Source of the DNA: a virus
Taxonomy: Duplodnaviria; Caudoviricetes
Direction: 5' to 3' (one strand)
DNA length: 31,501 nucleotides
IMG/VR virus record: IMGVR_UViG_3300017713_000042
Location: 1-31,501 of that record
Both the position numbers and the translations under genes were made by a program. A model generated the notes under the pieces. That model made no database searches. It had not been told where the DNA came from and worked only from the letters and a program-made list of their open reading frames with translations. Shown one piece after another: positions 17,095 to 25,728 of this stretch. The first letter of the stretch is position 1. Each line of letters begins with the position of its first letter.

Positions 17095-17857
17095 TTAAGT
17101 CCTCCATATTCCAAACATCTTTGGCTATTCGTTTCATGGTTTCATTCCACATCCAGTGATCTAAGTCTGGGTACACAAGCTGACAGCATTCAATTATGTC
17201 ATCAGAATGTGCCAGCACCTTACGCAATCCATTAGCTGCTATCTCTACTTGCCGCAGATAATAGTCTGGCCGTGGCACCTTGTATGATAGCACCTCTTTA
17301 GTAGTGACATAATCAATCCAAGGCTCCCTACCTGTGCCAAGGGCATAAATGCTGGCTTGTCTACTGGCGGCTTGCGTAAGTTCGTTGACGGTGCGGCCAA
17401 CTGTTTTTATGTCTCGCACCTTGTCATTATACAAAAGATCAAAATACCCTCTAAAAGGAACATCAATATCGCCTACATTGACCGTTACCTTGCCTTGCGC
17501 CTCTATAGGTCTATCATCAATATCCCTGTAAAAAGCTGCGCCGATCTTTACATATGACTGTATTGCCTTACGTTCTTTTTCAATTTTGGTTTCATCAATA
17601 ATATTTGTTGTTTTTTTTACAGACTCATTGAAAACATCTGTAGCCTTTTGGATCAAAGCCGTATCATTGATGCTAGGATCAAACGCTGCATCAGTAATAG
17701 CTCTGTCTGCTGCTGTGCCTCTCCAAGCTGCTGGCCCTGCTTCTTGATCGTTTAGACCAGCGATTTTTAGCAAGCATAAAGCTGGCTGGCTTATCCATAG
17801 ATTGATAGTTGACGGGGATAGTCGTTGCACATCATGTTTTTTAAATGGTGATTTCAT
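17081..17857 (-). CDS. PD-(D/E)XK exonuclease-like protein
   Basis: LSPS.IN...RGT...E......GYFDL......DIKT...Q.SIY; partner of ERF; start ATG 17857 with GAGG SD. Confidence 0.8.
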   Translation of the reverse strand: MKSPFKKHDVQRLSPSTINLWISQPALCLLKIAGLNDQEAGPAAWRGTAADRAITDAAFDPSINDTALIQKATDVFNESVKKTTNIIDETKIEKERKAIQSYVKIGAAFYRDIDDRPIEAQGKVTVNVGDIDVPFRGYFDLLYNDKVRDIKTVGRTVNELTQAASRQASIYALGTGREPWIDYVTTKEVLSYKVPRPDYYLRQVEIAANGLRKVLAHSDDIIECCQLVYPDLDHWMWNETMKRIAKDVWNMEDLNEKQ

Positions 17858-17962
17858 GTTGTCCTCGCGGTCATAAAGGATCAAGAGATTACCACAATAG
17901 ATCAGACAATCAACCCCAAAGTGGGGATAGACTGTTTTTTATGAGTGTGATAGAGGTTTTGT

Positions 17963-18166
17963 ATGACACTAAAGGAATATTTAAAGCTGCACGATCTGCG
18001 ACCAGAGGATTTCGCTGACATAGCGGGTGTGTCTAAGGGTGGCGTTTACAAGTGGATGAACGGTGAGCGTTACCCAAGACTGCCTTCTATGATTAAAATT
18101 GCCAAGGCAACAGATGGGGCGGTGCTTCCTAATGACTTTCAAGCAGAACAAATACAAAGCAGTTAA
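17963..18166 (+). CDS. Cro-like HTH regulator
   Basis: MTLKEYL......FA...GVS...VYKW.NGER.P....M.KI..AT.GAV.PNDF; divergent from the recombination operon. Confidence 0.85.
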   Translation: MTLKEYLKLHDLRPEDFADIAGVSKGGVYKWMNGERYPRLPSMIKIAKATDGAVLPNDFQAEQIQSS

Positions 18167-18461
18167 AACCACCGTTGATGGCGTAACCTTCCACTCTAAG
18201 AAGGAAGCGTCACGATATGTTGATTTAATGAATCTTCAAAAATCAGGATACATATCAAATTTACGTTTGCAGCCTGAGTTCCCCCTTATGGTGAACGGCA
18301 AAAAAATTGGCAAATATGTCGCTGATTTCTCATATATCCGCAACGGCATTAGAATTATTGAAGATGTAAAAAGCAAGGCAACGATTACGCCTGTTTATAG
18401 GCTCAAGAAGAAGATATTGGAGACATATGAGCCTCCAGTGGTCATAACAGAGTTCTTTTGA
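18132..18461 (+). CDS. DUF1064-like PD-(D/E)XK endonuclease
   Basis: NKYKA.KT.VDG..F.SKKEA.RY..L...L.LQP.F...Y.ADF.Y...IEDVK...YRLKKK. Confidence 0.85.
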   Translation: MTFKQNKYKAVKTTVDGVTFHSKKEASRYVDLMNLQKSGYISNLRLQPEFPLMVNGKKIGKYVADFSYIRNGIRIIEDVKSKATITPVYRLKKKILETYEPPVVITEFF

Positions 18462-18467
18462 TATAAT
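18459..18467 (+). promoter_or_regulatory. Extended -10 element TGaTATAAT
   Basis: Consensus TGn-TATAAT about 55 bp upstream of ATG 18524 (AGGAG SD). Confidence 0.45.
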
Positions 18468-18523
18468 GATTTAGCCATAAGGCATTATTTTGAGTCCATG
18501 CGGACAATCTAGGAGATTGGCAT

Positions 18524-19219
18524 ATGGACCCAATTACGGCTATGGCCACCGCATCTGCGGCTTTCACCACGATAAAGCGCGGATTCCAAGTGGGCCGCGA
18601 TATTGAATCTATGGCGTCAGATTTGTCGCGATGGATGGGTGCGCTTTCTGATCTGGATCAGATGGAGAAAGAAGCAAAAAATCCCCCGATATTTAAAAAG
18701 CTGTTTTCTGGTCAAACAATTGAGCAGGAAGCGATCACCAGTTTCGCAAATAAGCAAAAAGCACAACAACAGAGATACGAATTGCAGCAATGGATTTCTT
18801 TGACAATGGGTAAATCCAAGTGGGATGAACTCGTCAAAATGGAAGGGCAGATTCGTAAGCGCCGTCAAGAAACCTTGTATCTACAGAGGGAGCGAAGGCG
18901 CAAGTTTGTAGAGGCCATTGCTTGGATTGTAATGCTTGGGTTGGGCATAGCTGCTTTGACAGCGTTTATTATGTTGTTGAAGTCTCAACAAGCTAACGCA
19001 TCAGATATAATGACGACTTGTCGCAAGGTTAAATGTGAAAAAATGGACAACCGTCAAATGGTCTGTGTTTTTAGAGGCCAGAACAATACTATTGAGTCTC
19101 AAATTTTTGAATACCTAGAGTTCATACCATCAGAGTATCAGTGCAAATATGATCCAAATGCAAAAAAACAGATGACAATTCAAGAGACATTGAAGGCGGT
19201 TCGGGAGAGTCAAAAATGA
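18524..19219 (+). CDS. Membrane protein with coiled-coil N-domain and Cys-rich C-domain
   Basis: TM segment (IAWIVMLGLGIAALTAFIMLL); four Cys in the C-terminal region. Confidence 0.7.
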   Translation: MDPITAMATASAAFTTIKRGFQVGRDIESMASDLSRWMGALSDLDQMEKEAKNPPIFKKLFSGQTIEQEAITSFANKQKAQQQRYELQQWISLTMGKSKWDELVKMEGQIRKRRQETLYLQRERRRKFVEAIAWIVMLGLGIAALTAFIMLLKSQQANASDIMTTCRKVKCEKMDNRQMVCVFRGQNNTIESQIFEYLEFIPSEYQCKYDPNAKKQMTIQETLKAVRESQK

Positions 19220-19533
19220 GCAAGAAGCTGCAACCAGAAAGCGAATACGATAAATATGATATGGATGGTGATGGCATCGTAACTGATGAAGAATTGGAAC
19301 ACGCCAAGGAAATTAGGCAAACAGAAAGAGACTTGCGTAAAAGCCTAGCGCAGTTGCGAATGGCACGATGGACACTCATAGGTATGGGCGTTTTCACTGC
19401 TGCAATGTTCACGCCGTGGGTCGGTGTAGAACGCATCGAAGCATTGAGTGAAATCAGCAATCTTTTCTATATCAGCGGCGCGGGTATTGTTGGAGCCTAC
19501 ATGGGAACTACAGCATGGATGAGCCGGAAGTAA
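19216..19533 (+). CDS. EF-hand-motif membrane protein (holin-like topology)
   Basis: DMDGDGIVTDEE loop plus two TM segments. Confidence 0.7.
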   Translation: MSKKLQPESEYDKYDMDGDGIVTDEELEHAKEIRQTERDLRKSLAQLRMARWTLIGMGVFTAAMFTPWVGVERIEALSEISNLFYISGAGIVGAYMGTTAWMSRK

Positions 19534-19688
19534 GGTCCGTTGAGGAGTGGGATGCTATTATAAATTCTATAAAGTCCCGTATTCAATCAGCTAAGATTCA
19601 TCAAAGCAAGCAACAGGAATATGAGGATGCCAAGGTATCGCAGGAAACCACTCAAAAAGGTTTCAAATACCAGATACGAAAAACCTGA
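19515..19688 (+). CDS. Hypothetical 57-aa protein (not in ORF track)
   Basis: MDEPEVRSVEEWDAIINSIKSRIQ...QIRKT*; fills the gap; overlaps both neighbours. Confidence 0.4.
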   Translation: MDEPEVRSVEEWDAIINSIKSRIQSAKIHQSKQQEYEDAKVSQETTQKGFKYQIRKT

Positions 19689-19806
19689 GAGCAATGCACC
19701 TAAATCACATGAGTGCAAAGTGTGTGGTAGTCACCTTGCTTGTTACTCATATGATTTTGGTAGGGCTTGGTATTGTGTGGATCACAAAGCGGCGGGGCGG
19801 CTTTAA
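19621..19806 (+). CDS. Small basic protein with CxxC...CxxH zinc motif
   Basis: CKVCG..LACYS.DFG..WYC.DH. Confidence 0.55.
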   Translation: MRMPRYRRKPLKKVSNTRYEKPESNAPKSHECKVCGSHLACYSYDFGRAWYCVDHKAAGRL

Positions 19807-21101
19807 CCGTTCTTTTTGCCTTGTAAGATGTAATCATGCTCAATGGTGCCGTTCTCAGGGTTGCCCACAAGCTGTGGCTCAATCCATACACGCCTAACCT
19901 CTCGGCCTGTCTTGCGGTCACGATATACTCTTGGGTGGCCGCGCCTCATGTGTTGGCGTTTGGGCGTACCAGTACCAGTAAGTATTGACCGTCTGGATAC
20001 TACGCACCGTTTAGGCAACTCAATCGTCACCTTGTTGTACTCATTTTGAGGAACTCTGCGTCCATGCCGTATATGGGTTGTCTTGTTTGGCGTTTCCTGC
20101 GTGTAAATAATGTGAGGGTAGTTAAGGAATCCAAACACTGTAATCAGGAATCTAAGATCGCCTATCATGCCAGAAATGTTCATCTTTAAAGCACGGGCCA
20201 TCTCATCACGTTGCCAGCCACGGTTCCAAACCTCATCCTTAGTAATCATCCCAAAATTTGCTTGGCATGGAAGTATGCGGCTTGCCAGCCAATCCAACTC
20301 AAATCCGGCTTTGTAATCAATTTGTGCAGGATAGTTATCATCTACATTTATGCTGTAGTTTCCATCCTCATCAAAGTAATCGGGCATATAGTGATCCACC
20401 CAAGGTGGCCCCATCAACTTGATCCAGCTTTCAAACTGGTGTCGGAAGAACGCTTGTTTGTCGTTGTCCCGTATGTTGTTGTCAGCCATCTGATTTGACC
20501 ATTCAAGCGTGATTGGCTCATCTGGAGAAAAGTAAAATCCGTGGCCAAGAAATGCTATCTTGTTATCTGGCAGCTTTGCGGTGGGCATACAAAGGTATTT
20601 GCCATTCAATTTTTTTATAAGGTATCCACACCTTACCCCCATATTAGGTTCATCAGAGATTGGCTTATTTAGAACCTTTGGGTAAGTCTTGCTCATCTGG
20701 TCAATTTTTACATAGTCATCCCATTCGACCCACATAAGATCAAAACACGGCTTGGCGTTCTGGCACATCTTTACAAGGTTCTTGGGGTTATCCATGCCAG
20801 CTTCAACACAATGGCGTATCAAGCTGTCATCAATTATGAATTTCTGCGCCTGCACCAAATCAAGCTGTGTTTGACGGCGGTTGGCTTCTGATGCTCTGCC
20901 GCGCACATATCCAGCCACACCCCTTTCTGGGTTAGCAAGAGCGGCCAAAGCCTCATTGACCAAGGCTGGCTGCTCTAGTTCACGCTGGTCATTATAAAAC
21001 TTGTTCCACATATCCATATCTTCTGGCGCAGTGGCTTCAGTGCTGTACCAATCAGTTTTTTCTATAGGTGGCGAATAATCATCAAATGGGTTTTTAGTCA
21101 T
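19803..21101 (-). CDS. Large hypothetical phage protein
   Basis: 432 aa; basic C-terminal motif PKRQHMRRGH.R...VWIEP..VG. Confidence 0.8.
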   Translation of the reverse strand: MTKNPFDDYSPPIEKTDWYSTEATAPEDMDMWNKFYNDQRELEQPALVNEALAALANPERGVAGYVRGRASEANRRQTQLDLVQAQKFIIDDSLIRHCVEAGMDNPKNLVKMCQNAKPCFDLMWVEWDDYVKIDQMSKTYPKVLNKPISDEPNMGVRCGYLIKKLNGKYLCMPTAKLPDNKIAFLGHGFYFSPDEPITLEWSNQMADNNIRDNDKQAFFRHQFESWIKLMGPPWVDHYMPDYFDEDGNYSINVDDNYPAQIDYKAGFELDWLASRILPCQANFGMITKDEVWNRGWQRDEMARALKMNISGMIGDLRFLITVFGFLNYPHIIYTQETPNKTTHIRHGRRVPQNEYNKVTIELPKRCVVSRRSILTGTGTPKRQHMRRGHPRVYRDRKTGREVRRVWIEPQLVGNPENGTIEHDYILQGKKNG

Positions 21102-21318
21102 TGTTTATCTCCCGCAGCACTACATCAGCTTCCTCTGGAGTTTCGTAATAGCCTGTTATTCTTGCGTATGGGGCCATGTACCAGCCTTCTCCATAAGACT
21201 CTTTGCAGATTTCTCCTACATACCACCCTGCGGCAGATGCCATAACCAAAGGCTCTGATACTGGCATTGGTGTATCAAGGTCAGTCCAAACTATGCTTTC
21301 TGGTTTCCAAATTTTCAT
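21094..21318 (-). CDS. Hypothetical protein
   Basis: V..SAAGWYVG..C.......PY.R.T.YY.T.EEA; preceded by the AACCACGGAG leader (21334-21325). Confidence 0.8.
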   Translation of the reverse strand: MKIWKPESIVWTDLDTPMPVSEPLVMASAAGWYVGEICKESYGEGWYMAPYARITGYYETPEEADVVLREINND

Positions 21319-21338
21319 AACGGTCTCCGTGGTTGATC

Positions 21339-21455
21339 TTAATAATCTTTACAAGCCTTGCGGCCCTGTTGACGCTCTTTAGCCTTGAGACGCTTCAGTT
21401 GACGCTTAGTCTCTTTGCGGCTCAAGCTAGGTATTAAACGCTCTCTTTTTGACAT
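21339..21455 (-). CDS. 38-aa highly basic peptide (not in ORF track)
   Basis: MSKRERLIPSLSRKETKRQLKRLKAKERQQGRKACKDY*; GAGAG upstream; fits the operon gap. Confidence 0.55.
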   Translation of the reverse strand: MSKRERLIPSLSRKETKRQLKRLKAKERQQGRKACKDY

Positions 21456-21468
21456 ATCGTTTTCTCTC

Positions 21469-21549
21469 TTACCAAATCAAAAGGATGGGCAGGGAACAGA
21501 TCATCGCCATTCCCATTGTGCCAATTAAAATTTTTATAATCGTTATCAT
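21469..21549 (-). CDS. 26-aa hydrophobic peptide (not in ORF track)
   Basis: MITIIKILIGTMGMAMICSLPILLIW*; AAGGAG SD. Confidence 0.55.
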   Translation of the reverse strand: MITIIKILIGTMGMAMICSLPILLIW

Positions 21550-21559
21550 CCTGTTCTCC

Positions 21560-21739
21560 TTACGGGTAATACACCACGGCAAACACATCACCGCCGCCGG
21601 TAGCATCATCAACAAAACGACGCATTACAAAATAGGCCTCTTGTGTTTCTTTCGAGCAATTTGCAAAGCCTTTAGCATCAATCACATCAATCACATGAGC
21701 CAGTGCATCTACTAATTCGTTTGTTTTTACGCGTTCCAT
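21560..21739 (-). CDS. Hypothetical 59-aa protein, first gene of an early cassette
   Basis: ATG 21739 follows the AACCACGGAG leader. Confidence 0.7.
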   Translation of the reverse strand: MERVKTNELVDALAHVIDVIDAKGFANCSKETQEAYFVMRRFVDDATGGGDVFAVVYYP

Positions 21740-21745
21740 TTTGAT

Positions 21746-21803
21746 CTCCGTGGTTTTCTTTGTTACATGGATAGAATGGGGTGTTTGTTTACTATTGTCA
21801 ACA
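21746..21803 (-). promoter_or_regulatory. Early promoter/operator copy 3 plus leader
   Basis: TTGACA (21801-21796)-17 bp-CATTCT; palindrome at 21786-21803; AACCACGGAG at 21755-21746. Confidence 0.8.
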
Positions 21804-21894
21804 CACAAAAGTAAAATAATTAGAAAAAAAGTTTGCGACCATGGCTCCAATCAGATTATGGTTGCGGCAACCACGAATGACCAAAGGAGTGAAC

Positions 21895-22524
21895 ATGAGT
21901 TGGGATGCTCTCAAAATAGCGGCTACGGCTGATTGCCGGACGCCAACTGCAAAGCTGGTATTGATTATGCTTGCCAACTATGCAGATCAAAATTATTCCA
22001 GTTACCCGTCAAATACCAAGCTGGCCAAGTTATGTGGCTGTGATGAACGCACCATAAAAAGAGCGATAAAAATGCTTGTGGAGGACGGGCTGATAAGAGT
22101 TTGCCCTCGTTATACTGCTGACGGGAAGCAGACTAGCAACAGCTTTACTATTGTTAGATATGGGGGTGACATATTTGAGGGGGTGGGGGTGACAGAATTG
22201 CCCCCCAATACTATCAGAGATATACCCATTAATAATAAAACAAAGGGGGGTGACAAATATGCCCCCGCCTTTGAGGAATGGTGGAACGCTTATCCCCGCA
22301 ATGATGGCTCAAAATCAAAGGCTTATGAGATTTGGAAAAGGGTAGTTGATAGAGACATAGGGGAGAGAGAGTTGTTCTTGGCAACCTGTGCATATAAGCG
22401 TACCACTCACGGCAAGGATAAAAAGTACATTCCCCACGCGACCACTTGGTTGAACCAAAGGCGTTGGGAAACTGTGCAAGAAGCACAGGCAATAACCACG
22501 AACAGAAACCAACTAGCAGGATGA
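21895..22524 (+). CDS. Replication initiator (N-terminal wHTH, lambda O-like organisation)
   Basis: AKLVLIMLANYAD....SYPS...LA..CG..ERTI.RAI..L...GLI; C-terminal FEEWW..YPR...YIPHATTWLNQRRWE; internal iterons; AAGGAG SD. Confidence 0.85.
   Translation: MSWDALKIAATADCRTPTAKLVLIMLANYADQNYSSYPSNTKLAKLCGCDERTIKRAIKMLVEDGLIRVCPRYTADGKQTSNSFTIVRYGGDIFEGVGVTELPPNTIRDIPINNKTKGGDKYAPAFEEWWNAYPRNDGSKSKAYEIWKRVVDRDIGERELFLATCAYKRTTHGKDKKYIPHATTWLNQRRWETVQEAQAITTNRNQLAG
22162..22266. repeat. Putative replication origin iterons GGGGGTGACA x3 with AT-rich spacer
   Basis: Exact 10-mers at 22162-22171, 22185-22194 and 22246-22255; the last two are followed by N4-TGCCCCC; AT-rich tract at about 22228-22244. 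Confidence 0.75.
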
Positions 22525-22528
22525 AATT

Positions 22529-24280
22529 ATGCAAGAACTGATAGACCAAGGAATACGGTTACGCTCTTACGCAGAGGGTGATCACAAGACATTATGCCCA
22601 CAATGCTCACCAAATCGTCGCAACAAAAGCGATCCATGCTTGTCTGTTACAGTAAAGCCTGATGGTGGGGCCGTGTGGAAGTGCCATCACTGTGAGTGGG
22701 TTGGTGGGGCTGGTGGGCATTCAAGGCCCGTATATGCGGCTCCTAGAGCGTTTAAAAGGCCAAAGAAGCCAGAGGGGCAGCACACGACAGTTGCTATGCA
22801 GGATTGGTTTACTAAGAGGGGCATTAACTCAGAGACTGTGGCTCACTTTGGCATACACAGATCAGATCAATATTTTGGCAATGGCGGCACAGAAGGGTGT
22901 ATTTCGTTTCCTTATTATAAGGATGGCGAACTGGTGAACATTAAGCACCGCACTAAGGATAAGAGGTTTAAGCAGGAAAAGGATGCGGAGCGTACCCTAT
23001 ACAATATTGATGCAGTAAAAACCCATTGGGATAAGGGTGGCATTAAGGAAGTGATTTTTGTTGAGGGTGAGATGGATGTGCTTTCATTACACGAGGCAGG
23101 GTATTCATACGCCATTAGCTTGCCAGATGGCGCACCCAAGGAAGCTAAGTTTGATCCCGCAGACAAAAGATTTGCCGCGCTGGCCAATTGCGAATGGTTG
23201 AATGAAGCTGACAAGGTGATTGTTGCCGTTGATGGTGATGAAGCTGGGCAAGCGTTGCAGCTAGAGTTGATACACCGCTTTGGCAAGGACCGTTGCTGGA
23301 CTGTTGAATGGCCTAGCTTGCATGACATAGTTATTAAGGATGCTAACGAATGTTTGGTTGAGCATGGCAAGGAGGTGTTGGGTGAGGTAATAGCCAATGC
23401 CACGCCGCACCCGATTGATGGCATTTACACGGTGAGAGATTACCAGCGAGAGGTGCAGGACATATACCGTGGCAATGTGCAGAAGCCACTAAGCACAGGA
23501 TTTGCAAACCTTGATGAGATATACAAGGTTATGCCGTCAACGTTCTGTTTGGTCACTGGGGTTCCCAACCACGGCAAGTCAAACTTCCTTGACCAGCTTA
23601 CAGTGAATTTGGCCCGCAATGAGGGATGGCGGTTTGCGGTGTTTAGCCCTGAACACTCTACAGCTAACCATATACGGCGTTTGTCAGAGAAGGTTGTGGG
23701 CAAGCCATTTGATGATGGGCCAAGCCAGAGGATGACCACCCAAGAACTCGGCGATGCCATGATGTTTCTTGATGACAATTTTTACTTCATTGAGAGCCGT
23801 GATAAAATTCCAAGTATTGATTGGCTGTTAAGCAAGGCCAAGGCCGCTTGCTTGCGGCATGGCGTTAGGGGGATTGTTATTGATCCTTACAACGAGATTG
23901 ATGCAAGCCGTGAGGGAAATAAGAGAGAAGATGAGCATATCCGCGATTTGATTTCTGCCTGTAAGCAGTTCTGCCGCACTCACAATATTTGCATTTGGAT
24001 GGTGGCGCACCCTGCCAAGATGCAGAGGAACCAAGAGGGGATAATACCAGCCCCAAGTTTGTATGACGTGAGCGGCTCAGCGCATTGGAATAATATGACT
24101 GATGTGGGGCTTGTAGTGCATAGAGACTTTGAGACCAATCAAACTAAGGTAATAACTAGGAAGGTTAGGGAACAAGGCTTGTATGGCTCTATAGGTGAGG
24201 CTTACTTTACCTATGATCTAACACAGCACGTTTATAAGCCAGTTATTGATATGCCCGTGATTAACCACTGGACAGACTAG
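22529..24280 (+). CDS. DNA primase-helicase (T7 gp4/Twinkle-like)
   Basis: CPQC...CHHC zinc finger; TOPRIM VEGEMD and DGDEAG, KDANE; Walker A GVPNHGKS; VIDPYN; VAHPAK. Confidence 0.93.
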   Translation: MQELIDQGIRLRSYAEGDHKTLCPQCSPNRRNKSDPCLSVTVKPDGGAVWKCHHCEWVGGAGGHSRPVYAAPRAFKRPKKPEGQHTTVAMQDWFTKRGINSETVAHFGIHRSDQYFGNGGTEGCISFPYYKDGELVNIKHRTKDKRFKQEKDAERTLYNIDAVKTHWDKGGIKEVIFVEGEMDVLSLHEAGYSYAISLPDGAPKEAKFDPADKRFAALANCEWLNEADKVIVAVDGDEAGQALQLELIHRFGKDRCWTVEWPSLHDIVIKDANECLVEHGKEVLGEVIANATPHPIDGIYTVRDYQREVQDIYRGNVQKPLSTGFANLDEIYKVMPSTFCLVTGVPNHGKSNFLDQLTVNLARNEGWRFAVFSPEHSTANHIRRLSEKVVGKPFDDGPSQRMTTQELGDAMMFLDDNFYFIESRDKIPSIDWLLSKAKAACLRHGVRGIVIDPYNEIDASREGNKREDEHIRDLISACKQFCRTHNICIWMVAHPAKMQRNQEGIIPAPSLYDVSGSAHWNNMTDVGLVVHRDFETNQTKVITRKVREQGLYGSIGEAYFTYDLTQHVYKPVIDMPVINHWTD

Positions 24281-24342
24281 CATCAGATGATATGATGTGC
24301 AGGATTCCAGTAGCACTCCATGTTATTTGGTATTCGTGGTTT

Positions 24343-24383
24343 GAAAGGGAGGTTTGGTCGCCTCCCTTTCTTCTTTTTTTCTT
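24343..24383 (+). terminator. Intrinsic terminator after the replication operon
   Basis: 10-bp stem GAAAGGGAGG/CCTCCCTTTC (24343-24352, 24361-24370) followed by a T-rich tract. Confidence 0.85.
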
Positions 24384-24434
24384 GATGCAATCAAAATCAT
24401 TTTGGTGTAGCCTGTCCCAAAATGGGGATGATTT

Positions 24435-25043
24435 ATGGAAATCAAGCAAGTACCAATTACAGATGTAAAACCCTATACCGCCAACCCACGCATCATTTCT
24501 GAGTCAGCGGTTGCGTCTGTTGCCAGCAGCATTTCCAGCTTTGGATGGCAGCAGCCAATTGTAGTTGATGGCAATAACATAATCATAGCGGGTCATACTA
24601 GGTTTTTAGCAGCCAAAAGGCTTTCCTTAGATACTGTTCCAATAAAGATTTCAGCCAATCTCACAGAAGATCAAATAAAAGCGTTCCGCATTTTAGATAA
24701 CAAGCTAAATGAGCTTACGACTTGGGATGATGGCCTTCTTGAGGCTGAAATGGCATCTATTGATAGCGGCGAGTTAGAGGCGTTTAGACATTTATGGGCC
24801 AGCATTGATACTGATTTGCAAAACAGTGATATTGAGTTTCTCAATGACATGATTTCAGAAAAGGAATCAAATGTGCAGGATTCAGATGTTGTTGGTTCAG
24901 TAGGCGATTATGTGACAATGAGCTTTGTAATGTCACCAATAGATCGGGACATGGTTTTATCTGCACTTCGATCTATCCAAAACCAAGAAGGTTTGGAAAA
25001 CACCACTCAAGCATTGTTGAAAATAACGAAAGAGTTAGTCTAA
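24435..25043 (+). CDS. ParB/Srx-domain protein (no methyltransferase domain attached)
   Basis: KPY..NPR.....V..VA.SI..FGWQQPIVVD....IIAGHTR..AA..L....VP...RILDNK..E...WD. Confidence 0.9.
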   Translation: MEIKQVPITDVKPYTANPRIISESAVASVASSISSFGWQQPIVVDGNNIIIAGHTRFLAAKRLSLDTVPIKISANLTEDQIKAFRILDNKLNELTTWDDGLLEAEMASIDSGELEAFRHLWASIDTDLQNSDIEFLNDMISEKESNVQDSDVVGSVGDYVTMSFVMSPIDRDMVLSALRSIQNQEGLENTTQALLKITKELV

Positions 25044-25726
25044 TGGAAATCAATTATGACCCGAAACACAGTGATGGAATCCGAGCTTTGGATACCATGT
25101 ATCCGACCTACGCTATGTTTTTCACAAATAATGCGGACGATCTCGGTTTGCCTCACGCTTCAACATACGGATATGTTTTAGAAGGCGGCTGCACCATTAG
25201 AGCCAACAAACAGGAATGGCAATTACAGGAAGGCAACTATTTCGCATTTTCTGGATCATTCAACATTATGAAATCTGATGGGCTGAAGCTGTGGACAGTG
25301 ACCAAGTTGGGCTACAGGGTTATGCCTGTGATGGGTCAAATTGAAGATAACGGACGGCTTTCGTACATTGATGGCTGTTCAGATAGTGTTTTGGTATCAA
25401 TGGCCAGAATGGGTGATCCAGTTCTAAATTATTTGCATTTTCCTACTGGTATCTATCAAACACAGCATACGCACCCGTCAATCCGTATGGGCTGCGTCAT
25501 AAAAGGTGAGGGCGAAGCTTTCCAAGAAAAAAGCAACCACAGTGATGGTTGGGTCAAGCCCTTGAAAAAAGGCTGCATCTTTATGCTAACAGAACAAGAG
25601 CTTCACTCTTTCAGAACAACAGATAGCGGCATGGATATTGTGGCCTTTCATCCAGATAGTGATACAGGGCCAACCGATGAAAATCATTCAATGATTAACA
25701 GAACGTACATTGATCACGGGAAGTAG
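25043..25726 (+). CDS. Cupin-fold protein (degenerate N-cupin plus metal-binding C-cupin)
   Basis: YVLEG....L.EG.YF; then QTQHTHPS.R.G.V..G.G ... L..G.....E.E.HSF. Confidence 0.7.
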   Translation: MEINYDPKHSDGIRALDTMYPTYAMFFTNNADDLGLPHASTYGYVLEGGCTIRANKQEWQLQEGNYFAFSGSFNIMKSDGLKLWTVTKLGYRVMPVMGQIEDNGRLSYIDGCSDSVLVSMARMGDPVLNYLHFPTGIYQTQHTHPSIRMGCVIKGEGEAFQEKSNHSDGWVKPLKKGCIFMLTEQELHSFRTTDSGMDIVAFHPDSDTGPTDENHSMINRTYIDHGK

Positions 25727-25728
25727 GC

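Noticed and set aside
535-21334. GAGACC/GGTCTC shared between the fibre junction repeat and two early leaders
   Set aside because: Explained by the common GGAG Shine-Dalgarno core; flanks differ
24392-24404. Palindrome CAAAAT-C-ATTTTG upstream of the ParB operon
   Set aside because: Single AT-rich copy with no second instance noticed; could be chance
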